A DNA stretch of 64,000 nucleotides, taken from assembly GCA_000320545.1 (NCBI GenBank), contig ADNK01001797.1, positions 1 to 64,000 on the forward strand, written 5' to 3'. Under the pieces are notes generated by a model. The model was not told where the DNA came from and searched no databases. It worked only from the letters and a program-made list of their open reading frames with translations. This document shows positions 27,159-38,100 of the stretch, one piece after another. Origin of the DNA: Bigelowiella natans CCMP2755. Its lineage: Eukaryota > Protista > Cercozoa. The position numbers and the translations under genes were made by a program. How positions within the stretch are numbered: the stretch's first letter is position 1; the number at the start of each line of letters is the position of its first letter.

Positions 27159-28777
27159 TAAATAATTTAGATACTACCTTTGATTTATTCTTTCCTGCTC
27201 ATCTCTGGACTCTGTAAGTTTTTCCGTTGCAATCTTCATTTCTTTTCTAGCCTCTACGATCTGTTTCTGGATACTTTTCAGTCTAAAATGAAGGAAATAG
27301 AAACATAGAACGAAATAAGGTGTTGACGTATTTCATTTTATCGTTAAACTTAAGTAGTCCTATGTGGATGTGTTAAAAATGATAGAATTTATCAAGAGAA
27401 AGACAATCTTTGGCATTCACCAGGACGTCATCTCGCATATAATCTTGAAAACAATATTGTTGTACAAATCTCATTGTAAGACACTACTCTGTTTCAGCTT
27501 GGGAAATTTGGGGTCGAAACTCCTCCATGCATTTCTTTTCATATAGAGCGGTTTTTTCTTGAAGCCTTTTCTGGTGCGCAGAACGAACCTCTGGAAATTC
27601 AAATTCGATACTGAATCTTTTAATTACACTTCCTCAAATGGTATTTGTTGCAATTTTTTACTGTTCACTATACCTTCGATATCAATTTCATGCAATTTAT
27701 TCTCTTCTTCGAGCTTCTTTTCATGTAAAGCCCGTCGTTTTTTCATTGCAGCATCCCAAAGACCCTTCATAGATTCCTAGCCAATAATTAGTTCAAATGA
27801 CATTATTGTGTTGTTATTCGTTCATAGTATCTACCAAATCTTTTGATTGTCTCATTTGAAGAGACTGGAGCGATTTTTGGTGCTTTTCTTTCAGAATATC
27901 GATCGCACTTCGATGCTTCGATTCTTCTTTATCTAGTCTGTTCTTCATTTGGTGAGTCTTAACATTTTTATTACGCCGAGTTTTCGGTTTCTGAACAGAG
28001 TCAAAATTAACCAATAGCTTGAAAGAATAGAAGAATGTTTATTACATTTTCCCTTTTCTCTGCCGAAGTAGCCGCTGGTGCTGCTGGTGCAAAGTCCGAG
28101 CTCTAAGGAAGTATTTTGAAATTCATCACGCACAAATAAGTAAATAAGTAAATGCCTGATTGCAGAACTAGATGCATGACTGGAAAAAATACCTTTGGAT
28201 TCTGGAGTTTGGTACTATAAAAAAGAGATTGTGCTGATTTGCGCACTTCTTTTGGTTTCCTTGAATTGGAATTTATTCGCCGATCCTTCTGCAAATTTAA
28301 TTATTAGTGTAGGTCATCTTCTCATTCAAGAATCTCCTCTTACTTGATATTTCTTTGTCTTCTCTCGTTGGTAGAGATCCTTATAATGCTTGTCACAAGG
28401 GTGGTTCCACTCACTCTACGCAAGATTAGATATGGAAGTATGAGAGATCGGAAGAATCATAGAAGTATGGACGTTCAAATACCTCCCCAGTTCGGAAGTT
28501 GAAGTAGTAGATATCGCCTTTTTTAGTTTGACAGGGTCTCCACCCAGGAGGGAGGGGGGCTTTAAGACCTTCTTTTGCAATCCAGAGGAGTTCCTTTCAT
28601 GGGAGATTATTATTTCTTTACATCATAAGTTGAGCAGGTAATTACCTTATCTTCGGTGACATCCATTCCCAGGAATTCACTGTAGTCCTTGATTTCATCG
28701 ATAGTAGGCTCATAATTTGGGTCATATTGTTCATCGAGAACGACTGTATCTTGGTTTTGGGACGGATTTGACGGCAT
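22193..28777 (-). CDS. CEP164: Centrosomal/distal appendage protein CEP164 homolog (N-terminal WW domain, long coiled coil)
   Basis: [39 protein letters not shown]...|[37 protein letters not shown]|[12 protein letters not shown] matches the CEP164 N-terminus. Many E/K/Q-rich coiled-coil exons follow. Probable stop TAA 22193-22195 (3' end less certain). Confidence 0.88.
25047..25131. repeat. Interrupted (AT)n tract with recurring ATAATTAAT/TATTAAT units in a CEP164 intron
   Basis: Directly visible near-palindromic AT tract. Confidence 0.9.
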
Positions 28778-29131
28778 AGCTATGAATCCAAACTCTCTTG
28801 TTCCCCCCCCCAAAAGAGTTCACCCTGTGTCACACTAGTATTACTTTCGGGTCAGGATGACTTCCTCTTCAACTGCTAGCCTACAACACTTGCAACAATA
28901 CAAGTCATATGAAGACGGTTACGATGGATTCCGTTCAAAAAATATTGCCTCTATTCGATCTCACTTGTTTACGTTTCGTTATCAGAGTGTTGGTGATGTC
29001 ATTTATACAATACGGCTTCCCGCCAGATATGACCTCACGAACTTTTAGAAAATGGCCTTTTATTCTGTGTCGCAGTCGCCTGGTTCCCTCTCCCAGCTAG
29101 CAGCCACATCCGATACGAGTGCGAGTTGGTA

Positions 29132-30813
29132 CATGATCATCTCTCGGCGTCTCCAACACATCCTTCACAACTGCTTCATTGTCATCATTTGCTAGTCACA
29201 GTCCTCACTGAAACCAGTTCGAGGCACTGCATTTTGCACGCTGCAAGTGTCTTGCAACACTTTGGAAATGTGGTTTTTCATCATTGTTTCATTGTTGTTT
29301 CATTGTCATCATTTTCAGCTCCGCGTTTCCCACTTTGCAAGTGCCATGTGATGCTTTGGAAATGCACTCGATCAACAATGAATCTTGTTTCTTTCTTGAA
29401 ATGTTTCATTGCATGGTCATTCATTCATTCAGGACGGTGTTCTGAGAACAAGAACAAGTGAACAATTGCAAGTGAGAGAGAGAGAGAGAAGGGTCATCGC
29501 AATGATTCATGTGTTCGCCTGAGGCTGCAGAATGAGTTTTTTGGGTTCTCAGATGTTTCACTTGTGAACGTCTTTCTAGGTGAACAGGAGCAATTCGAGA
29601 AAATGAAAGGTCAACCAAACTCCCTCGTGCCAAGCCACGTGCAGTCATCTCTTGTGGTGGCATGATCGAGTGCAAGCAGATGGGAAGAGATTTTTGCTTG
29701 CTCTTTTGCAAGTGAGCAGAGATGCTCCGTCACTTGTTCGTCGCATGGGTGCAACACTTTGGAAATGTCACTCACTGGATGTCAGTCGATCCCAGGATCA
29801 TCAAGTGAGCTTCTTTCTTTCCTTCTTTCTTCGTGGGTGCCAAAGAATCACCACGCAGCATGGAACTCCAGCACGACACACAATGCCATCATGCACATTG
29901 TGGAGACTCAGAGACTCAAGTCTCCACTGTGACACGTGCACGTGCGTGGTCACGTGTTCACTTGGGCATTGCGATGTTGCGATCAGATCGAGAACAAAGC
30001 CCATGCTGGCATGAGGTGTGGCGCTCAGACAATCAACAAGGACATTGACAGCATGCCAACTCCCACGCAAGCGATGAATGCACAAACCGAAGCTAGCGAA
30101 GGCGCGACAGAGGCACTTCGTTGTCCACGGAATGCGAAGTGCTTGGCTGCGCTTTGGAAACTGCGTGCACGTGCACGTGCAGCCCTTTTGGGCTGCAGAG
30201 CGTGCCAGGGTTCAGAACACACACAAGTTCTCTGGGACACAGTCCAGTGGCAGACGTGTGCTGTGTGCTTGCGCTGCGCACACATCTGTGGCGTGCGCAG
30301 CAGCATGGCAGCACACATGCTTCATGGACACAAGAATCCAAAGTGTGCATCGTGCACAACAATGTGGTCAGCACAGTGAGATTGTTGTTGTCCCACGTTG
30401 TGCAAACATCACGTGTGCGTCATGTCCCAGATGGATGCAGCTGGACAGCAACGTGTGCCATCGGTCGTGCACTGGTTGCTGCGGCTGCAGAGCTGAAATT
30501 CATTTTTGGTCTGCTCTGGCCACACTGGCCATGTCCATCATCATGTGTGCATTGTGTCACGTGTTGTGCACACACAATGCATTGCATGTGCACACATCGC
30601 GTCACGTTGTGTGACAATTCAAACATCTTCTCGTTGTGTGTGGAGCCGCGTGACGTGCTGACTCATTTGGAAGTTGAGTTTGTGGTCTGTTGTGACATGA
30701 ACACCAGAAATGTGATGCAGCTGTGCACTTTGCACTTTCTTCTGTTGCCGAGACACAGCAATGCAAACAAGCCTGTGCACAATTCATGCACATTGATCTG
30801 GAACAGAAAATTC
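29132..30813. other. TpA-free intergenic tract; probable heavily mutated repeat/transposon relic
   Basis: Only 3 TA in ~1680 bp, all within CTAG (29192, 29576, 30093). Internal 19-bp direct repeat TGCAACACTTTGGAAATGT at 29253 and 29750. No recognisable coding product. Confidence 0.7.
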
Positions 30814-31101
30814 TACACGTCTCATGACAACGACACTTCATTGAGAAATTGAAGTGAAATGCAACTGACCAGACCACTTCAAGTGTTCTATTTCAAGGTA
30901 TCTGTCCTAACATTTCTAGGAGCCGTTGAAGCACGTCAGCATCGCTCTTTTCGACTGGGAGAAATCCAAATCTATTTGTGACAGACAATGCCTCAACGCA
31001 ACTAAATACAACTTAAATTCAAATGCATGCCCTCTCAAAATTAAAAAAAAAATGAACAGGAAAAGATGATTTTGTCCGTTTTGTCAGTAAATTTTGTTAT
31101 C

Positions 31102-31979
31102 TTACGTTTGAGTCTTCTTTGCACTCATGGCCTTATGTTGGGAGACGATATTGATACCATCTTCTCTAAACGATTCAACGGATATAATTCTGACAATAGA
31201 AAAATAGATAGCCACAACATCGTAAATACCAACACTATTCAGATGACAGGATAACAACCTAAATTGATCTCTTTGGTTTCTAAACATTTCTTTTAAATTT
31301 CCAAAAATGGAAGCCAAATAATACAATCGAGAATCGGATGATTGATTGCAACAAAAAGGAATGAATTGCGTTAGAGGTGTGGTCCCTACTACATGCGGAA
31401 AGGATTCAATGCTAGATCGTATAAAAACTAACGCTTTTGACATTAATTTGCTGACCATCGTGGCTAATACCTATCTTTTGGAATTATGGTCACATTTGTC
31501 GCCTTGTCCCTCAACTTGCCAGTATTTTTACTAATATTCATGCGCAGTTTCACGAATTTCAAAGTTTCATTGTCTTTGACTTTCGCCTGTTCCTCGCCGT
31601 AGTAGACGTCATTGTCAAAGAGCCTTAAGTAAACTTTATGCACGTTGCCGCCACGATTCTTCCACTTATACACAAAGAGCGAGATCTCCTTCATTTGCTC
31701 CTCAGCCTTTTTTTCCTCTGCACGCTTTGCTATTTTTATCTTGCAACTCTGCACCTTTTCCTCTTTTACTTTAGAAAGGGCGTCTTTTATACTCTCTCTT
31801 TTCTCATTTTTGTCTCCATCATTTTCCGGGCTGTCATCCTCATGAAATACAGCAGGCTTAAAGGAAGCTTTATCGTTTACTTCATCCTCGAATTCCTGGA
31901 CCTTGAAACAATGGCGTATACAGATACAGAGAATGTTCAATTTTTGAACAGAAGTACATACCATAGTATAAATGTGTAC

Positions 31980-32045
<66 letters not shown>

Positions 32046-32246
32046 GGTACAAACAATCGACGTATAAAGTCTTGCATTTTTCTTAATTTTTGCACGTTTA
32101 GAAGTCAATTTGGGAACCTCCTCGCCATCCTGGTAGAATACAACTTTTTTTTGGGGTTCCTTTGGCTTCGAGCTCCTCATTTCGACATCGTTTCCAATAT
32201 TTGACTTAGCATGAGATTTGGACTCTTCGGAGGCACAGCATCCCAT
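31102..32246 (-). CDS. Unknown protein with N-terminal MGCC dual-acylation motif and possible PH-like C-terminal region
   Basis: ORF 31464-32246 starts MGCCASEESKS. After the (TA)/(CA) intron: charged region, then ISLFVYKWKNRGGNVHKVYLRLFDNDVYYGE (beta-strand pattern). 3' end approximate. Confidence 0.65.
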
Positions 32247-32720
32247 TTTCTCTATACAATAAATTTAGTGATCACATTGATTAGACATATAGAAGGCAAT
32301 TAATGGTTATTGGAATCCCCCCCCTACACTGCCGATGAAGTAGGAAAACTCCACAGACCTGCTTCAGCGCGGCGTCTCTGGTTAGGAGCGTTAGACTTGT
32401 CGGCAAGGTCTCAATGAACTGAATGAATGAATAAAATGCATGCCATGTTTGGAAATTTTCAAATCAGTTTGGTTGTCGTAAAGAGAAATCGGAGGTATGA
32501 AAAACGTGACGACTTGTAGGATAAAATAGTTAAATAGACAGATATCCATGTGGATACGAGTCTTCGGAAGAGTGGTGTCGCATTGATAAATGGCTGTGCG
32601 TTTTTCTCTGCCGTTTCCTTTTCTTCGGTTTACTTACGTTATTACTTACTACAAAGGCCGTTCTATACTTGCGACTCAGAACCACAGATGTCTCTGTATT
32701 GAACTCCCGAATAACTCAAC

Positions 32721-33597
32721 ATGGCTTCGGCCGACCCCAAGAAGATGTCACGAAGGTGGTTGTGCTTTGCATTTTTCGTGCTGCTTAATGGGTTGCCCTA
32801 CTCGCCTCACGTGGATAACCATTAACACGATTTCTAATTTTATGTTTCTGCTCCTGTAGTCGTACGATAACTAACTTTCCCTCTCAAAAATATACGTGAA
32901 TGCTTCTTATTTGCATAGGTTTCAAAAGTACCTGAAGCACATAGAGCTTACAGGGAACGTTAAACGGATAGTTGAGGAAATTTTATTTCGACTGAAGGAA
33001 AACCCACAGTTCGATATTTGGAGCTATTTCTCCCTCAGACTCTATGAGGTTGGCGTGGCGCGAGATCAAAAGAAAAAACGCAACAAGAGTCCTTCGGCAA
33101 GTGAAAAGGAAAGTAAACTAACAACAAAGGATGACGCGGAAGGACCGCACGATGGGCCGCGTGAAAATAATGAAATGGATGAGATGAAAGCTGCAAAGTC
33201 TAAACATGATATCTTCCTTAGTAAATGGGAGCTCTTGTCGACTGCATGGAAGGTTTTAGACATCAACGGTGATGGATATATATCCAGAAAGGAATTCGAA
33301 GACGGTTTAGATCGCAGTGGACTAGAATGTCTTGACAAGAAAACACGAGATGAACTATGGGAGGAAGCGGATATTAACCGTGACAATAAAATTGGATATA
33401 AAGAACTAAAGACGGTATTTAACCGATGGATGCAAGCAAAGAAACTTAAAAAGAACCATAGGAAAAAACAGAGCTCCGTCAGGGGCAGCCGGGAAAGAGT
33501 TAAACAACGAAGGGAGGAGGAGGCAGAGAAACTAAGGAAAATCAAGAAGGCTTTGGCCACGGGACATAGTGTTCAGGATGGCGTTATTGTAGAGTAG
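32721..33597 (+). CDS. EF-hand calcium-binding protein with N-terminal dimerisation/docking (RIIa/Dpy-30-like) region
   Basis: Exon 1 MASADPKKMSR joins in phase 2 to FQKYLKHIELTGNVKRIVEEILFRLKENPQFDIWSYFSLRL (D/D-like pattern). Two canonical EF loops, DINGDGYISRKE and DINRDNKIGYKE. Stop at 33597. Confidence 0.85.
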
Positions 33598-34073
33598 AAA
33601 AGTACCATACAACCAGATTATGACAAAGTTGGCTGCTGCACATGCTCTTTCTTTATGTATTCATTTATCTTCTAATGTGTTGATTTGTATCACTGTTCTA
33701 TGTCATTGTAGCGTATGTATCCTATGATTTGACATTCGATTCAGCGCAACGTCTAGACGATGGATGGTGAAAAACATAGCAGCCGTTATGGCCTTTTCGA
33801 GAATGATAGCATGATGCCATGGCATGCGATACTAAGTCAACAGACTGATCACAAAATTTTCACACAATTAATTAAATGTAATCAATTAAAACCACAGACC
33901 TAGTGACGTGAATGAAAACATACATGCACAAGAAACCAATTGAATGCCATCATGAATCGAAACGATGACACGAAACGACTAACTGAAGCTGAAAAAGAGG
34001 CACGGACCGCGCTGCACGCATCGCACCGCACGACATCGACGACAGGATGCAGGTGCTTTTAAATGCATGAAAC

Positions 34074-34137
34074 ACGTGATGGATCCATCACGTTGTGTCC
34101 ATTTGCCTAGCTCGTCCGGACGAGACAAATGGACACA

Positions 34138-34139
<2 letters not shown>
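34074..34139. repeat. Adjacent perfect palindrome and long hairpin
   Basis: ACGTGATGGATCCATCACGT (34074-34093) is a perfect 20-bp palindrome. GTTGTGTCCATTTG (34092-34105) and CAAATGGACACAAC (34126-34139) are 14-bp inverted arms around palindrome CTCGTCCGGACGAG. Confidence 0.9.
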
Positions 34140-34196
<57 letters not shown>

Positions 34197-34225
34197 TGTG
34201 TGTGAGTGTGTGTGTGAGTGTGTGT
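34140..34225. repeat. Compound (CT)n(GT)n microsatellite
   Basis: Directly visible. The same junction type occurs at ~11425-11480 and ~57890-57935. Confidence 0.95.
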
Positions 34226-35147
34226 TTGCGTCCATATCGCCCATTATATAATCGATTCAGGATGGAGCATCCTTTTCATACTTCGACAATTGACAGACAT
34301 CAACATATTGAAAAAGCTTTGTGCCTTCTAAGCTGCTTTGCATGGTCACATTGGGACAACCATTGAAAAATGATAGACATGCAATGTGATATGTGTAATA
34401 TGTACCCTATTGCTGTGTAGGTCACAAAAGATTTCATCACTTCATTGTTGCATCCGTCTCACAAGCTGTGCAGCAGATGCAATGAACACAGCAACATGAT
34501 GCGCACATTGCATGTCCATCACAACAGCTAGACGCAGCAATGTGATGTGCACATCGTGTGCATACGTACACATCACATTGCATGTCCATGCATCATAGAT
34601 GATCTCTTTTCTTTATTTCAAACAAGATCCATTGTCAACATCTGCGCATTCCACGATGTGAAATCATGGGCATGCAAGCTAGCAAGCATATTTCCAAGTC
34701 TCTAGTTCATTGTGTTCACATGTGCCACAGTGCAAAACAAAGCATTGCACACATGAACATGTTTGCTAGAGCTTGCAACACAAACCTTCATTGTATTGCT
34801 CGCATCTCTCCTCGCATTGTGAGAGCAGTCGCGCATTTTTTTTTGCGCAGCATTGCTTTTGTGTGCAATAACAACAACGCGGAACACACACACCCAGAGC
34901 ACAATAATGCAAATATCTCATCATTAATCTGGTCATAGAACTACTCAATAGAGTCTCAAGAAGAATAAAACTTATTAATAATCAAACTAAGAGTTGCAAC
35001 ACTATATAGATTATTATCAATGCAGCCGAGCATCAATTGTGTGACATGAATTAAAAATAATGTAAAGTATCTTCCTTTATTTCTACTTACTATGACCGTA
35101 CCATCTTGTCTTATGCTCTATTATTGTCTAATTTTGTCGCCAAATTT

Positions 35148-38100
35148 TCAAGTTAACAATGTCGTGCTTCGGATAATATCGTACAGAAGTCCTGCCAGAT
35201 CGCCCGGCTCTGTTGCTGCAGCTGTTTCCATAATACTGGTGGTATTACGATTTGCGTGAGCAAATCTAATCAACAAATTTCCAGCGGCAGCAGCAGCTGC
35301 AGCAGCTGAATTTTCGACACCGTTATTTTCTTTCTTCAGTTCCTTTTGCTGTATTGCTGCCGAGTTACTAACCGGCATAATGGCCTTTTTCGCTGCTGTC
35401 GTTAACCTTTCAAGGAATGGCCGCAGTCTATGGCTCTGGGCGATTTTTCTCCAGAAACCGATTGGACTGCGAACCCTGTGAACATAAACATGAGATGACG
35501 AAGACGTCGACGAAAACAACATGAACAATGGAAAGGAAACAATGCTAAAAACAGCAACAAATGCAAATGGCAAGTGGTTCGAATGAAAGAGAACAAGTAA
35601 TCTTGCCCTGACAGGTGGAATGTTGATAGACAAAGTGACTACTGCTACTACTTACCCTTCAAGAAGTGGGTGTATGAAGAGGATGAGGTCTGTGTTTCCC
35701 ATCTGGAGAATCAACAGGAGGACGAGGCAAAACATTACAACACTCAGAAGAATGATCCACAAAATGATCGTTTTGTAGCATTGATTTATTATAATCAATA
35801 TAAATTTTTTTCATCATCAATGTTTATAAAAAAGAAATTACCAGTTCTTCGGCACAGCCTTTCACGTCAAATTCGACAATGTCTTTCTTTAGCGTTTGAG
35901 CCTTAGCAAGCATCTCTTTGAATTCCTTTTTACCCTCAAGCTGCTCCAACTAACCAATATTCATTCATGCCAGCATATATTAGCGATGACGACTAAAAGA
36001 TATGTACGTATTCTAACCATTGTAGTATAAGTAGCAGTTGTTGTGGTTGTAGTTGTTGTTGTTTGTTGTGGTTACTACTCGGATCATTTTCTCGGTCACA
36101 ACTCGAATAGCCTCTTCTTTCAGGTGTCGCACAATCCATACATCACTGGTGCTATTGCCGCTGTCAGCAGCATCTTTCTTTCCTTCATCTTTCTGCTTTG
36201 TTTCTGTGATTCTTGATGATAATGATGATGGCGATGATGATAATACTGCTGTTTCGCTTAAGTCTTCCACTACCGCTTTTCCCTTGGAAAATATTGCTGA
36301 TAGAAATCGAGGTTCTCCCCCTTTTCCTCCTACCCCCCCTTCTCCCACTGCAGCCAGTGATTGTCGTATTGCAGCAGCGGCTGAGGACTTGATGCTCTGG
36401 AGTTCCTCTTCTTTCAAAATGCCTTGAGAAATCTCAGCAATCTTAGATTCGAACAGCTGAGTAATTATAGCGATACCCGAAGCCTGCAAACCCTGGTAGA
36501 TTTTATGAAGACTACTAGGCGTTTTTCCTTCTTCCAAAGTAGGAATATCCCTCTCCTCCCTCTCCTCTATTTCCGAATTCACCGCCTCCTGGTCCACTAC
36601 GAGGGAGGGGGATGCAGGGATTTGGGAGGAAGATGCATCATTTGCCTCTTTTCCCTCCTCATTTCCATTCTCTTTACGACTCGTAGCTTGTTGTTGTTGC
36701 GATGATGATGACGTAGTAACAACATTGCTGTTATCTAATGATGAAGTAGGGGATGACAGGACGGTCTTCTTTCCTTCTCCTCCCTCTTGGCGCTCTTTCC
36801 TTTCCTTGTTGCTGTGCTTCGGTTGCTTCTTTGAGGTTATTCCACCGTACTTCTTCGTCGTCGTCGTAGAAGAAGGACGTTGAAATAAGGATGACGTCGC
36901 CGCATTGAAAGCATCGATAATCTGCTCCTTTTGAAACTATGTAAAGGGGATGAGGAGACAATAAGAAGTACTCGAATGGAAATGCAGATACTATAAACGA
37001 AATAATCATTGGTATTTGCTTCATAAACTGTTTTCTTCTCCTCACGCCAGCACGTTTTTCTTACATATGAATTCTCTTGATAGTCACCTGCATTATTCCA
37101 CCGCTATCAATCTCTATACTATTGAGAGAATCTGTGACAATTTTTTTGCACGTGTGGGCGACGAAGGAAAGGCCCATTTTGGTATCAACGCTAGGACGTT
37201 GAACGATGAACCCTTGAGAGACCATTGCTAATTGTAACCTCATGTCGAGCATCTTCAACCAGTCTGAGCGACGATAATGACGATGGTGGTGGGGGAGAAG
37301 GGGGAGCGAATCAATTTTTTTAGGAAAAAGAGAGTTATTGTGTGATGTCTGTATTCTACGGAGATGGGATAATCATCGCTTTGCATTTTTGTAAGATGTG
37401 TTTGTAGAGTTTCATCACTGTTTATCGTTGCTAGCTGCGGATGTGTATGGCAAAAAGTAGACATTTTTCCTTACATGCCCAAGGATACACACGAACTCCC
37501 ACACACATCATCATCATCATCATCATCATCGTCGTCGTCGTCAACATCATCATCATCATCATCTGCTCCTTCTTTTCCCTCTTTTTCTTCTTCTTCTTCG
37601 TCCATTTCGTTGTCTTTGAATAGAGCCCCCCTCGCCTCTTATCCATCATATGTTGATGCTGGCGAACACGTGTACTACTACTACTACTACTACTACTACT
37701 ATTACTACTACTACCACTACTACTACTGCAACTACTTTCCAACCCTATTATGATCATCATCACTATAATTACCAAGGACGAGAGAAAGAGGCCCCACCCA
37801 CGCGAAACCATGAGAAAGTGCCACCTCTCTTATAGCCTTTATCGAGTTACAGAGATCTGCGACTGATACCGATGATAATACAGAGATTCCTCTTCCCTGC
37901 ACACCCGCTCCCGCATAAAGAAGCGACAATTTTGTCACCAGCTGCATGAAGATACTGCCTTCAAGAGCATCCGAGAAGAACCTACACAAGAACAATAACA
38001 CAGTCATCCGATTTGAAGGAAAGACATGGTCATGATGATGATGATGATGATGATAATGATGATGGTGATGATGATGGTGACGATATTCAGGATGATGGTG

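Noticed and set aside
29132-30813. Ordinary CpG methylation decay or fungal RIP as the cause of the TG/CA excess
   Set aside because: CG is retained and TA is absent; those processes deplete CG/CA and would leave or increase TA.
30819-30830. 12-mer GTCTCATGACAA shared with ~60886 as evidence that the tracts are homologous
   Set aside because: Too short given the reduced complexity of both tracts; no flanking similarity seen.
29421-30877. Many overlapping Cys/His/Val-rich ORFs on both strands
   Set aside because: An artefact of TA loss removing TAA/TAG stops; no domain-like sequence.
34092-34139. Hammerhead ribozyme or Helitron 3' end
   Set aside because: No CUGANGA core on either strand; CTAG lies inside the hairpin rather than a short distance 3' of it as in Helitrons.
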